From: Eledone cirrhosa
Taxonomy: Eukaryota
Assembly (NCBI GenBank): GCA_964016885.1
Contig: OZ024750.1
Span: 13,454,001-13,518,000 of the forward strand
Direction: 5' to 3'
Length of the DNA: 64,000 nt
Below, piece by piece: positions 63,809 through 64,000 of the stretch. The position numbers and the translations under genes were made by a program. Numbering within the stretch: the first letter of the stretch is position 1; the number at the start of each line of letters is the position of its first letter. The notes below the pieces were generated by a model. It made no database searches. It was not told where the DNA came from and worked only from the letters and a program-made list of their open reading frames with translations.

Positions 63809-64000
63809 ACATTGATATTTATAATCCACCACCCCTTTGATATTTATAATAATCAACGTCACTACATTCCTTTTATTTCTATGTCCCTTTTAGTCTGCCT
63901 ATAATATGTTTCGCTGAGGAGTTTCAAGAAATATGTTCTTTGCTGTCTTTATAAACGACATAAACTGCATTAATATGCATTCCCCAATATTCTGATCAAC

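Overview
AT-rich eukaryotic (animal) genomic DNA with GT-AG introns. The SINE/RTE/MITE landscape suggests a cephalopod, probably an octopus (inference). Three intact housekeeping genes can be assembled by hand. (1) PCM1 (centriolar satellite scaffold) on the minus strand, whose whole ~1894-aa CDS lies in ONE exon. (2) GAPVD1/Gapex-5 (RasGAP + VPS9) on the plus strand, 20 coding exons and ~1621 aa, head-to-head with PCM1 across a short NRF1/ETS-type bidirectional promoter. (3) DBR1 (RNA lariat debranching enzyme) on the minus strand, 8 coding exons and ~486 aa, tail-to-tail with GAPVD1. Introns and flanks hold tRNA-derived SINEs, RTE-, R4-like and CRE-like LINE fragments, piggyBac-type and Tc1/pogo-type MITEs, a 37-bp x18 minisatellite and microsatellites. 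The far right end (~60.8-63.0 kb) looks like decayed coding sequence that I cannot identify. There is no CRISPR array, rRNA or genuine tRNA gene. I found no convincing new multi-gene system. The best leads are the intronless PCM1, the splice-donor minisatellite and the TGA-interrupted relic ORF.
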